From: a virus
Taxonomy: Duplodnaviria; Heunggongvirae; Uroviricota; Caudoviricetes
Direction: 5' to 3' (one strand)
Length of the DNA: 26,713 nucleotides
IMG/VR virus record: IMGVR_UViG_3300043411_002784
A program made the translations under genes and the position numbers. Shown piece by piece: positions 1-7,797 of this stretch (positions are counted from its first letter, which is position 1; the number at the start of each line of letters is the position of its first letter). The notes beneath the pieces are model-generated. The model saw nothing but the letters and a program-made list of their open reading frames with translations, searched no databases and had not been told where the DNA came from.

Positions 1-480
1 TGGCTCGCCGCGCTGATCGTGAACGGCCATCCTGGCGTCAATACGATCACAGGCTGGGAGTTGCAATACGCCGAGAGCACTTGGCTCCGACTGTGCGTCA
101 GCAGCATTCTCGCCTGGCGCGAGCGCTACGGGCTGAACTGCTCGCAGCTGGACGCCGACAGGACGTTCACAATGTTCTTGGAACGCAAGTACGCGGAGCA
201 GCAGACGACGCTGGAGCAGGCTCACCGCGAGGCGCAGGCCGATTCAGGGGTGGCCGGGCATGAGCCTGACGACGGTTACACGGCCGAGTCGCCCGCCGAA
301 CTGACGCCCGAGACCATCCAGCAGCTGGCGGAGTTTCGGACCGTGTCGCCGCACGAGCTGCGTCCGCCGCGCTTCGGCGAGGACGTTCAGACGGCGATCG
401 ACTGTTTCGACGTCGAGGCCCTCTACCCTGCGCTGGATCCTGCAGAGATCGACGCGGCCGAGCTTGACTCCGAGTTCTAG
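1..480 (+). CDS. Hypothetical protein, acidic C-terminus; probably truncated at the window start
   Basis: Frame is open from base 1 to TAG at 478-480; ORF track 19..480 is in this frame. Confidence 0.7.
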   Translation, partial: WLAALIVNGHPGVNTITGWELQYAESTWLRLCVSSILAWRERYGLNCSQLDADRTFTMFLERKYAEQQTTLEQAHREAQADSGVAGHEPDDGYTAESPAELTPETIQQLAEFRTVSPHELRPPRFGEDVQTAIDCFDVEALYPALDPAEIDAAELDSEF

Positions 481-864
481 CCGGCCCTATCGTGCACATA
501 GCTCTGCAGTGCCTGGCCCTTGCGCCTGCGGAGATCTGACGGCAAGGAGCTTCTAGGCCATTCTTGGCCGACGATGCACGCGCTGTGCAGAACCCCGGCA
601 GGGGCCCAATGTCACCCGGCCAACTGGCCGTTGACCGTTGGACGACCACTAGCGAGTTGGTGCGCGCAGGAAGGGACCTGATCCTTGCTGGATCCTTGCG
701 GGATCCGGGGCAGTTGGTGCCTTTTGCGACATTGGCCCGTTGGAAACTGGTCGTCAAAGAGGTTGTTTTTGATCGTCTTACGACCCTGTTTCACGACGTC
801 ACGAAACGCTTTCCGAGACAGCTCAGGCTAAACGATAACTCGTTATAACAAGGAGGTTTACGAG

Positions 865-1269
865 ATGAACCAGACCATCACGCCCGCCATGCGTAAGTCG
901 GCGCAACAGGTCATGATCAACTACGTCAACGGGCTCGCCGAGCGGGTGCCTGCTGGCACCAAGGCCGCGGAGGTCGCCAGGAACGCCCAAACGTGCACGA
1001 GGCTCCAAAAATTAGCGCAGGTCATGACAGGCGGTAAGGACGTCTATCAGGCCGTCGCGCAGGTCTTCGCGGACAAGAATGCGGCCTACCAGCACACCGT
1101 CATCACGGGTCTGGCCCGCGGCTTGATGCGGCATCTTGCTAGCAAGCAGGCCGGCGTGAAGGGCGTTTCGCGTCATCCGAGCGTCAACGTGACCGGCAAG
1201 ACCACCTCGCCCTCCTCGGGCGTCAGCACGGTCGGCCCCAAGATGAAGACCATGCCCGCCTCCTGCTAG
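865..1269 (+). CDS. Hypothetical basic protein (134 aa)
   Basis: ATG preceded by AAGGAGG and an AT-rich promoter-like stretch (CGTTATAAC). Confidence 0.85.
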   Translation: MNQTITPAMRKSAQQVMINYVNGLAERVPAGTKAAEVARNAQTCTRLQKLAQVMTGGKDVYQAVAQVFADKNAAYQHTVITGLARGLMRHLASKQAGVKGVSRHPSVNVTGKTTSPSSGVSTVGPKMKTMPASC

Positions 1270-1283
1270 GCGGACAACTCGTC

Positions 1284-1355
1284 CACGCGTTTGTCTCCCG
1301 TCGAGGTTCGTCTCACCCCCCTGACGGCCTCACGGGAGACAAACCGTGCTTTTAA
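1284..1355 (+). terminator. Long bulged hairpin followed by a T-tract; probable intrinsic terminator or RNA structure
   Basis: GTTTGTCTCCCGT (1289-1301) pairs with ACGGGAGACAAAC (1332-1344); extra helices CACG/CGTG and GAGG/CCTC; followed by CTTTTAACTT. Confidence 0.7.
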
Positions 1356-1387
1356 CTTCCTACTCTGTAAACGTTTAAGGAGATCCC

Positions 1388-1696
1388 GTGGCGAACAAAC
1401 AACGCGTCTACATTAGCTGGACAACTCAGTACATGGACGCGAAGAAGGCGTCCAACAGCACGGACACGAGCACAGGCATTGAGGTCGACAACGTCGAGCG
1501 CATCGACGTGCTGGACGGCCTGATGCTAAAGCTCACCCGTCGCCGTTCGTCGGGCGACCCCAAGGACGTCTTCGGCGAGCTGATGGGCGAGGTCGTGTCG
1601 TACATCCCCCTGCGGGACGTCGCCCGCATCGTGGCGATCGACGGCCGCACGCCTCAGGGCATGCACGACAAAGCGTTCATGACCGCCCTCGCCTAA
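1388..1696 (+). CDS. Hypothetical protein (102 aa)
   Basis: GTG start with AAGGAG Shine-Dalgarno. Confidence 0.85.
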   Translation: MANKQRVYISWTTQYMDAKKASNSTDTSTGIEVDNVERIDVLDGLMLKLTRRRSSGDPKDVFGELMGEVVSYIPLRDVARIVAIDGRTPQGMHDKAFMTALA

Positions 1697-1707
1697 CGCG
1701 AGTTTAG

Positions 1708-1735
1708 CCCTGTCTGCGGGGTTCGATCGCAGGCC
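1708..1735 (+). repeat. Pseudoknot repeat, single copy (S1 CCC/GGG, S2 GTCTGCG/CGCAGGC)
   Basis: CCC-T-GTCTGCG-GGG-TTCGAT-CGCAGGC-C; both stems pair; 11 nt after a stop codon. Confidence 0.85.
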
Positions 1736-1753
1736 GCCAAACAGCAACTTTTA

Positions 1754-1767
1754 TTATCACGTGATAA
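1754..1767. promoter_or_regulatory. Operator-like perfect 14-bp palindrome TTATCACGTGATAA
   Basis: Perfect palindrome in an AT-rich intergenic region; near-identical copy at 7071. Confidence 0.65.
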
Positions 1768-1792
1768 CTTTCTCCCCGTAAGGATACGAATC

Positions 1793-2491
1793 ATGGGAAA
1801 CCCAGCTTATTCCGAGCAGTACATCGCCGCCAACGCCCCCGACGAAGCGGCTCAGGCCACGCTGCCGATCGTGCTCTCGGACGAGTTCGAGATCTACGAG
1901 CATCACGGCGCGCGAGTCGCCGTGCGCAGCGCCCTCAAGGGCACGCATCGCGACCTGTGCCTCTGCTACGACTGCGAGAGCTTCGCCCCTGCGGAGGAAG
2001 GCCAGGCGTCGGGCTGCCCCATCGCCAACGCGGTCTATGAGAACGCGGTGAAGTACGACCTGGTGAGCCCTGTGCTCGAATGCCCTCAGTTCAAAGAGAG
2101 CGTCGTGGCGGGAAGCAAATACCGTCCCGAAGGCAGCGTCGAGAGGACGCCCCTGGGCATCCTGACCCCGGTGACGATCAACCGCGCCATCCAAGGAATG
2201 CTCGGAGCGCTGCTAAACGCCGAGGTCGTAGCGACCAGCGCCGTGCGTTGCGCTGATCCCGACAATTGCTGCGGCAACCCCGAGGCTTGCGTCAGCGACG
2301 TCTCGATCACGAGCGCCGAGGGCTGTTGCGGGGGCGGCTGCTCCGAAGGCCCTCCTGAAGCCACGTGCATGGGCGACCCTGCATTCTGCGAAGTAGGCGT
2401 CGCCTGCCCCAACCAGGGGGCGTGCGATCCTGAGTCGCCCATTGGCGTCGCTTACGACGGCGTCAATTACGAAGACGCGGACGAGGACTAA
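1793..2491 (+). CDS. Cys-rich (16 Cys), acidic putative metal-binding protein (232 aa)
   Basis: AAGGA upstream of ATG; CLCYDC...CP...CP motif and C-terminal CC/C clusters. Confidence 0.8.
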   Translation: MGNPAYSEQYIAANAPDEAAQATLPIVLSDEFEIYEHHGARVAVRSALKGTHRDLCLCYDCESFAPAEEGQASGCPIANAVYENAVKYDLVSPVLECPQFKESVVAGSKYRPEGSVERTPLGILTPVTINRAIQGMLGALLNAEVVATSAVRCADPDNCCGNPEACVSDVSITSAEGCCGGGCSEGPPEATCMGDPAFCEVGVACPNQGACDPESPIGVAYDGVNYEDADED

Positions 2492-2504
2492 GACCAGTCG
2501 CCGA

Positions 2505-2607
2505 GCCTGTCGCCCGGCTTAGTAGGGCGGACGGATAGTCGGCAACGGTTATCCGCCAACGAGGCAATGAGTGAATTAGGCCTGTCGTCCGGCTTGATGC
2601 GGCGACC
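2505..2607 (+). repeat. Pseudoknot repeats, 2 copies (2505, 2580)
   Basis: GCC-T-GTCGCCC-GGC-TTAGTA-GGGCGGA-C and GCC-T-GTCGTCC-GGC-TTGATG-CGGCGAC-C. Confidence 0.85.
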
Positions 2608-2649
2608 CGGCAGCTTATAAGGCAAGAAGCCAACAAGGGAACCAAGAAG

Positions 2650-5600
2650 ATGCCTACGATGCCCAACGGAGCCACGCTGCCTCAGTCGGCGTTGCCCATG
2701 CAGCCTACGCTTCGGCCTCAGGCCCCTAACCCTGCGGCGCAGATCAACACGCAACAGGCGGGCGGACCCGGTCAAGGCGGAGCGGCGACGGCGGCAGGCG
2801 TCCAACAGGTGGCTCAACAGCAGGGCGTGGGCGTCCCCTCGCCCACGCACGGGCAAGCGGCTCCCCCTCCACAGCCTGCCGCGGGGCCTCCCGCCGCGGC
2901 CTCGCCCCCGGTGACTCCGCCCCCAGTTCCCCCAGGCTTCGCTCCCAACAGTCAGGGCCAGGTGGTCTACCCGCCAGGCCAAGGCCCCGTCACGGAAAAG
3001 GCCAAGCAATTGATTCCCCAACCCAACGCTCCCATCGCTGCGGAAGCGCGTGGTCCCCAAGGCATGCCCATGAACGATCCCTCGCTCAACCCGTTCAACG
3101 TGCGGACGGCGGCTGACTGGGATGCCAGGCTCAAGCAGCTCAAGGAGCGTCGCGATCCTCTGGGCCTTGAGGAAGACCCCGACCATGATCCCGAGCGGGA
3201 TTGGGTCGGTAAGCACGCCATGGCTGCCGCTGGCCTTGATACGGCGGCCGAGAAAGCGCTGGACATCGCTAAGCGTGCCGCCTCGCTTCATCAGGGCGGC
3301 GTGGGCCAAGGCCTGCAACCAACGCCTGCCGTCGGGCTTCATAAGACGGCCTGGCACCATTCGCAACCTGTCGCCGGGACTAATGCGGCGACCCCCGTGA
3401 AGAATGCCTCTGAGCGTGCCGTCGCGCTTCGTACGTCCGGCCCTGTGTGTCGGACCGTGCAAGACGGCCATGGCTACGCAGTCGTTAAGCATGCCGCCTT
3501 GCTTCAAGTTGGCGGCCATGTCGTCGGACCTATGGACGACGAGCCTGTCGACGGGCTTCATACGTCTGACCAACTCCAGCAGGACCAAGAGACGGAAGGC
3601 GACGAGCTGATGGCTCGGGCTGCGACTCTGGGTAAGATGGCGGGTCTATTGTTCAAGACGGCTGGCCAGGGGGCGTCCCCATCGATCGCCGTCGCGGGCT
3701 ACACGGCTAACGGCCAAAACGCCCTCGACCAGGTGAACCGGGCCATTGCCCGCCGCCAGCCGCGCCGCCCGTACGTCGAGAACGACAAGCAATCCGCCGC
3801 GCCGGGGCTCGTCCCGCAGCCGGCCATGCCGACGGCTCCCGCGTTGCCGCCGGCGTTCGCCATGCCTGCCGCCGGGCCTAGTACGACGGCCGCCAAAGTG
3901 AACGCAATGCCGTCCGCCGCCTCCGCTCGTCCCACGATCCAGACGGCTCCGGCTGCTGGAGCGATCCGTCCCGCTGTGCCTGCCGCGCGGCCTGGTAGCG
4001 CTGCCCCGATGCAGACTAATGCCAAGCCCAAGCCCCTGGTCCCCGCGGGCACGGGCTCCAGCAAGATGCCCGCCGTCCCAGGCGGGATCAAGAAAGCGTT
4101 CTTCGGTCCGCTCGGCGGGGGCATGGTTGGCGCTGCCGCCGGTCGCGTAGGCACGAAGATACTCGGAGCGATGACTGGGCCGTCGACTCCCGCCGCTGCG
4201 CCCAAGCCGCCAATGCCGCCAACGCCTAAGCCGGCCCCGACGCCGGCTGCGGCCATGAAGCCGCCGGCCCCTGCGCCGGCGAAGCCGCCGATGCACGTCG
4301 TGCAGGATCCCAAGCTCATGCGCCAGGGCGTGACGCCGACGCCGCCTCCTACGCCTGCCGCACGGCCTAGCAGCGCCGGCTTCGGCTCACTGACTCCGCC
4401 TGCCGTGCCGCCGATCAGTCGCCCGCCGATCACGCCGCAACCGGGGCTAGGCGTGCCGCCAGTTAAGATGCCGCAGAAAACGCCGCAACAGCCGTCGATG
4501 GACGAGTTCTGGCGGTTCCGGTCGCGGATGCCTCAGAACATGGATCCCGGGTTCACGCCGAACTTCACGCCGCAACAGACGTGGCTGGAACAGGAGCTGG
4601 GCATGCCCGCCGGCTCGTGGAACATGGATCCCGGGTTCACGCCGGACGTCCCGCCGCAGCAGTCGCCGGCCGAGAAGATATTGGGGGTGCCTGCCGGGTC
4701 GCTCAACAAGGACCCTGGCATGACGCCGCCGCAGCCTGCCGGTCCCGCAGCTCCCGACATGCTGCAGCAGCTAAAGGCGAGCGAGTTCAACAAGGAAGCC
4801 TGGCTCGGGGCCTTGGCCCGCGGAGCCGGCAAGATGCTGGGCGGAGCCGGCAAGGCCGTGGGCGGAGCTGCAGCTCGGCTCGAAGGGGCCGCCGTACCCA
4901 AACTGCTGTCCAAGATGGCGCCCGCTGCGCCTGCCGCCGCGGCCAAGCCCGTGGCTCAGGGCCTTGAGTCGCTCGCCATGCGTCCCGCACAGGCCGCTGG
5001 TCAGGCCGCTAGCAAAACTCTACCCATGGCCGCCGACTCGACCATTGCCATGAGCCCCGCCGTCCGCCAGCAAGCGATGGACGCCGCCAAGCGGAACGCC
5101 ATCCAACTGGAAGGCCGTCGCGCGGCGGCCCAGGGACAGCCCTGGAACCTCTCAGGAGCCCCCTCGCCCGCTCAGGCGGCTGCGGCGCGGGCTCGCACGG
5201 GACTTCCGCCTGGCGCCGCTCCTAGCGGCCCTGGGGCGGGCGTACGCCCCGTGCCTGGTCAAACGCCTCCCGTCGGGCCTGGTATGACGGGCACTGTCCC
5301 GAAGCAGCCAGGAGCGATGCCTGCCGCCGGGCCTAGTGCGGCGGCGACGGACCCACTGTCGGCCGGTCTCGGCGGCCGCGCCGCCGCACTCGGTCGTCAA
5401 GCCGGCAAAGCGACGCTCAATACGGCCAAGAGCCTCCCGGGCGCCGTGGCCATGGGTGCTGGCATGACCGCGGGCGTCCAAGGGCTCGATGCGGCGATGA
5501 CGGCGGCCGATCCCCAGGCTCCCGGCAACCAAGGGGGCGGCGGGGGCTTCATGGATTCGATCAAGGGAACGGTCGGCTCGTGGCTGGGGGTCGACCCTGG

Positions 5601-6300
5601 CAGCGTGAAGGCGTTCCAAGGACTCCAGGGCGAGCTCGACGCTGCGGGCATCAAGGTGATGGACGACAACGGGCAGCCCTTGGGGCTCAACGACATCATG
5701 ACCCAGGCGATGCAGAGTCCCCAGGGCCAGAAGATGCTCGTCGAGCGAGCCCCCGAGATCATGGCGCAAGCCTTGGAGGATCCCGAGAAGGCGGGACCGC
5801 TGATGGAAGGCTTCGCCGGCTCGCTGGCCAGCCTCTCGCCTGAAGCGAAGGCCCGGTTGGCGGCTGATCCCAACGCTGCGGGCATCCTGTCGTCCCTCAT
5901 GGGCGGCGGCGAGGGGATGATGGGCGGCCTCGCCGGCGGCGCGCAGCAGCTCTGGACGATGTTCCAGCAGCTCGATCCGACGCTGCAGCTGCTCATCGGG
6001 GGCGGCCTCATCGCCGGGTTGACGGGCCTGCTCAGCGGCAGCGGCATGCTGACCGCCGGCGGACTCGGGGCGCTGGCGGCGGGCGGCCTCGGAGCCTATT
6101 ATGGCGACGAGATCGGCGCGATGTTCGGGGGCGGCGAGCAACAGCAGCCGCAGCAACCTCTGGGCCCGCGATCGATGGCTCCCATGCCGTCGCTCGTGCC
6201 TCAGCAGTTGTTTGGGCAGGGCGGCCCGCGGGGGCTGATCAACCCCGCTTTGAAGATGCAAGGCCTCGACCCCAACACGGGGATGCCTCAAGGATCCTAA
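2650..6300 (+). CDS. Large Pro/Ala/Gly/Gln-rich low-complexity protein (1216 aa) with a C-terminal Gly-rich hydrophobic segment; possibly virion-internal
   Basis: 3.6-kb uninterrupted ORF; internal 28-aa repeats in frame; hydrophobic LLIGGGLIAG...GGLGAYYG near the end. The functional label is inference only. Confidence 0.85.
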   Translation: MPTMPNGATLPQSALPMQPTLRPQAPNPAAQINTQQAGGPGQGGAATAAGVQQVAQQQGVGVPSPTHGQAAPPPQPAAGPPAAASPPVTPPPVPPGFAPNSQGQVVYPPGQGPVTEKAKQLIPQPNAPIAAEARGPQGMPMNDPSLNPFNVRTAADWDARLKQLKERRDPLGLEEDPDHDPERDWVGKHAMAAAGLDTAAEKALDIAKRAASLHQGGVGQGLQPTPAVGLHKTAWHHSQPVAGTNAATPVKNASERAVALRTSGPVCRTVQDGHGYAVVKHAALLQVGGHVVGPMDDEPVDGLHTSDQLQQDQETEGDELMARAATLGKMAGLLFKTAGQGASPSIAVAGYTANGQNALDQVNRAIARRQPRRPYVENDKQSAAPGLVPQPAMPTAPALPPAFAMPAAGPSTTAAKVNAMPSAASARPTIQTAPAAGAIRPAVPAARPGSAAPMQTNAKPKPLVPAGTGSSKMPAVPGGIKKAFFGPLGGGMVGAAAGRVGTKILGAMTGPSTPAAAPKPPMPPTPKPAPTPAAAMKPPAPAPAKPPMHVVQDPKLMRQGVTPTPPPTPAARPSSAGFGSLTPPAVPPISRPPITPQPGLGVPPVKMPQKTPQQPSMDEFWRFRSRMPQNMDPGFTPNFTPQQTWLEQELGMPAGSWNMDPGFTPDVPPQQSPAEKILGVPAGSLNKDPGMTPPQPAGPAAPDMLQQLKASEFNKEAWLGALARGAGKMLGGAGKAVGGAAARLEGAAVPKLLSKMAPAAPAAAAKPVAQGLESLAMRPAQAAGQAASKTLPMAADSTIAMSPAVRQQAMDAAKRNAIQLEGRRAAAQGQPWNLSGAPSPAQAAAARARTGLPPGAAPSGPGAGVRPVPGQTPPVGPGMTGTVPKQPGAMPAAGPSAAATDPLSAGLGGRAAALGRQAGKATLNTAKSLPGAVAMGAGMTAGVQGLDAAMTAADPQAPGNQGGGGGFMDSIKGTVGSWLGVDPGSVKAFQGLQGELDAAGIKVMDDNGQPLGLNDIMTQAMQSPQGQKMLVERAPEIMAQALEDPEKAGPLMEGFAGSLASLSPEAKARLAADPNAAGILSSLMGGGEGMMGGLAGGAQQLWTMFQQLDPTLQLLIGGGLIAGLTGLLSGSGMLTAGGLGALAAGGLGAYYGDEIGAMFGGGEQQQPQQPLGPRSMAPMPSLVPQQLFGQGGPRGLINPALKMQGLDPNTGMPQGS
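2874..2901 (+). repeat. Pseudoknot repeat inside CDS
   Basis: GCC-T-GCCGCGG-GGC-CTCCCG-CCGCGGC-C; both stems perfect. Confidence 0.7.
3222..3571 (+). repeat. Pseudoknot repeat cluster inside CDS, 7 copies (3222, 3273, 3324, 3366, 3414, 3489, 3543)
   Basis: S1 variants GGC/GCC, GCG/CGC, GCC/GGC, GCA/TGC; start-to-start distances 51, 51, 42, 48, 75, 54 nt are all multiples of 3. Confidence 0.85.
3864..4381 (+). repeat. Pseudoknot repeats inside CDS, 3 dispersed copies (3864, 3978, 4353)
   Basis: e.g. GCC-T-GCCGCGC-GGC-CTGGTA-GCGCTGC-C at 3978. Confidence 0.65.
4537..4728 (+). repeat. 84-nt (28-aa) tandem repeat, about 2.3 copies, NMDPGFTP...LG(M/V)PAGS
   Basis: AACATGGATCCCGGGTTCACGCCG identical at 4537 and 4621; degenerate third copy at 4705. 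Confidence 0.9.
5265..5346 (+). repeat. Pseudoknot repeats inside CDS, 2 copies (5265, 5319)
   Basis: GCC-T-CCCGTCG-GGC-CTGGTA-TGACGGG-C and GCC-T-GCCGCCG-GGC-CTAGTG-CGGCGGC-G. Confidence 0.7.
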
Positions 6301-6805
6301 GCCTGTCGTCTGGCTTCGTAGGGCGACCAATCGGTCCAGCGTGCAGACGCCAGGACTCGATCGTCGTCGGACTTGGAGACGGCCGTGTGAGTGTGCGCCT
6401 AAGCCTGTCGTCTGGCTTCGTAGGGCGACGGCTAGCCGGTAGCCTGGCCGGCGGCAAAGACGACCAAGATGCTGTGCCTGCCGTCTGGCGTTGTAAGACG
6501 GACGTCGGTCGTTGTCTAGCCGGCCGTTGGTCTGCTCGTGCCTGCCGTCCGGCTTGATAGGACGAGCCAAAATCCGCATCCGAGTGCTCGTGCCTGCCGT
6601 CTGGCTTGTAAGACGGCCAATAGGGGGAAGGATTGAGCTTGCCGCCGAGCTTCGTACGTCGGCCCGACTTCAAGTGTCACTGAGCCTGCCGCCTGGCTTC
6701 GTAAGGCAGCCTCGATGCCGCAACCGGTCGTGCCTGCCGTCTGGCTTCGTAGGACGGCCGAACGCGTCTTGGACCTGAGCTTGCCGTCGAGCTTTGTAGG
6801 CGGCC
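6301..6805 (+). repeat. Pseudoknot repeat array, first part, 9 copies (6301, 6403, 6476, 6540, 6592, 6637, 6684, 6732, 6779) with unique spacers
   Basis: Typical unit GCC-T-GCCGTCT-GGC-TTCGTA-GGACGGC-C; starts immediately after TAA of the large ORF. Confidence 0.95.
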
Positions 6806-6840
6806 TCCGTGCCGCAAATTGACGGACAAGAAAGAAGAAA

Positions 6841-6941
6841 GCCGGAGTAGCTCAAATGGTAGAGCGGCGGGAGTGACCGCGGCGAAACCCTATTACTGCT
6901 GCAGCAGATGGGTAGTGCGGGTTCGAGTCCCGTCTCCGGCG
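6841..6941 (+). tRNA. tRNA-like RNA with intact acceptor, D and T arms but a non-canonical anticodon arm and oversized variable region (possibly degenerate tRNA-Ser(TGA))
   Basis: GCCGGAG/CTCCGGC acceptor stem; TA-GCTC-AAATGGTA-GAGC D arm; GCGGG-TTCGAGT-CCCGT T arm; discriminator G; no encoded CCA. Confidence 0.75.
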
Positions 6942-6945
6942 TTGA

Positions 6946-7752
6946 GCCTGCCGCCCGGCGTCGTTGGGCGGCCGGGGGTGATCTCGATTTCGCAATCTGA
7001 TCGCGCCTGCCGCCTGGCGTCGGGCCTCGTACGACGGCCGATGGGGTCGGGGCAGCCCATAGCTAAAAAATTATCACATGATAAGTTTGTCGCAGGACTT
7101 TGTTCCGCGACCTTGTGGCCACTGAGTTCGAGCCTGCCTGCGGGCTTCGTACGCCGGGCGCACCTGGAGACGCCGTCTTCGCCTATGTCTGCCGCAAGAC
7201 TTTGACCTGCGGCCCACGAGACCGTGCGGGTTGCGGCCTCAGCCATGAACGCTCGCGCCTGTCGACGGGCTTCGTACGCCGGCCTGACTGGGACGACGCC
7301 GACCGCCGGATCTGGTAAGCTGATTCGCTACTACGCTCTGCCGTCGAGCTTCGTCCCACGGCCTTGCGATCAGGGGCAACGACGGCCTACCATCGCGATT
7401 CCGCAATCAGACGGCCTTCGCAGGAAAGACATTACGCTTGCCGTCGAGCTTTGTTCGCCGGCCTGCTCGCAGCTCCTCGCTGCGCCAGAACGTGCCGCGT
7501 CGTTTGCTCACGCGGCCCATCGTATCGCACCGGTTTGCGCCTGCCGTCGGGCCTCGTGCGTCGGCTTGAGCTTGCCAGAGGTCCTGGTATGCTCGCAGCC
7601 ATGCTTGCCGTCGAGCTTCGCATCGCGGCCAAACGGACCCGCTGCCGACGGACCCGATGTCGACGGACTGAATGCAGCTACTCGCTGCGTGCGGCGTCGC
7701 CTCGTAACGCCGCCATCGTCTCGTGCTTGTCGCCTGGCCTCGCAGGGCGGCC
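6946..7752 (+). repeat. Pseudoknot repeat array, second part, 12 copies (6946, 7005, 7132, 7187, 7257, 7335, 7436, 7490, 7539, 7603, 7687, 7725)
   Basis: Includes S1 variants GTC/GAC (7187), ACG/CGT (7490), GCG/CGC (7687), GCT/AGC (7436, 7603). Confidence 0.92.
7071..7084. promoter_or_regulatory. Operator-like near-palindrome TTATCACATGATAA
   Basis: One mismatch to the 1754 palindrome; preceded by A6. Confidence 0.6.
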
Positions 7753-7797
7753 ACAATGTAACCGGGATCCTCCCCTCATTTCCTCAGGAGACGTCCG

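Noticed and set aside
680-706. GATCCTTGC direct repeat with GGATCC sites
   Set aside because: Only two short copies with no supporting context
564-848. 94-aa ORF with TTG start
   Set aside because: No convincing Shine-Dalgarno or recognisable features; left unannotated
5152-6579. Long - strand ORFs (also 2488..3588 and 11750..13093)
   Set aside because: Arg/Gly-rich shadow frames opposite well-supported + strand genes in high-GC DNA
6664-6675. 12-nt match CCGACTTCAAGT between a spacer and 21635-21646 (possible self-target)
   Set aside because: Exact 12-mers are expected by chance many times in a 27-kb GC-rich window
6946-6973. Known small ribozyme (HDV-like/theta, twister, pistol, hammerhead)
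   Set aside because: Too short and wrong topology: no nested double pseudoknot with a J4/2 cytosine, no CUGANGA/GAAA core, no twister or pistol consensus
6301-7752. CRISPR array
   Set aside because: Repeats are conserved in structure rather than sequence, spacer lengths vary widely, copies are also dispersed and inside genes, and no cas genes are in the window
6301-7752. TIGR (tandem interspaced guide RNA) array
   Set aside because: The two variable segments in each unit are complementary to each other rather than independent guides, there is no fixed 36-nt period, and no Nop-domain gene is seen
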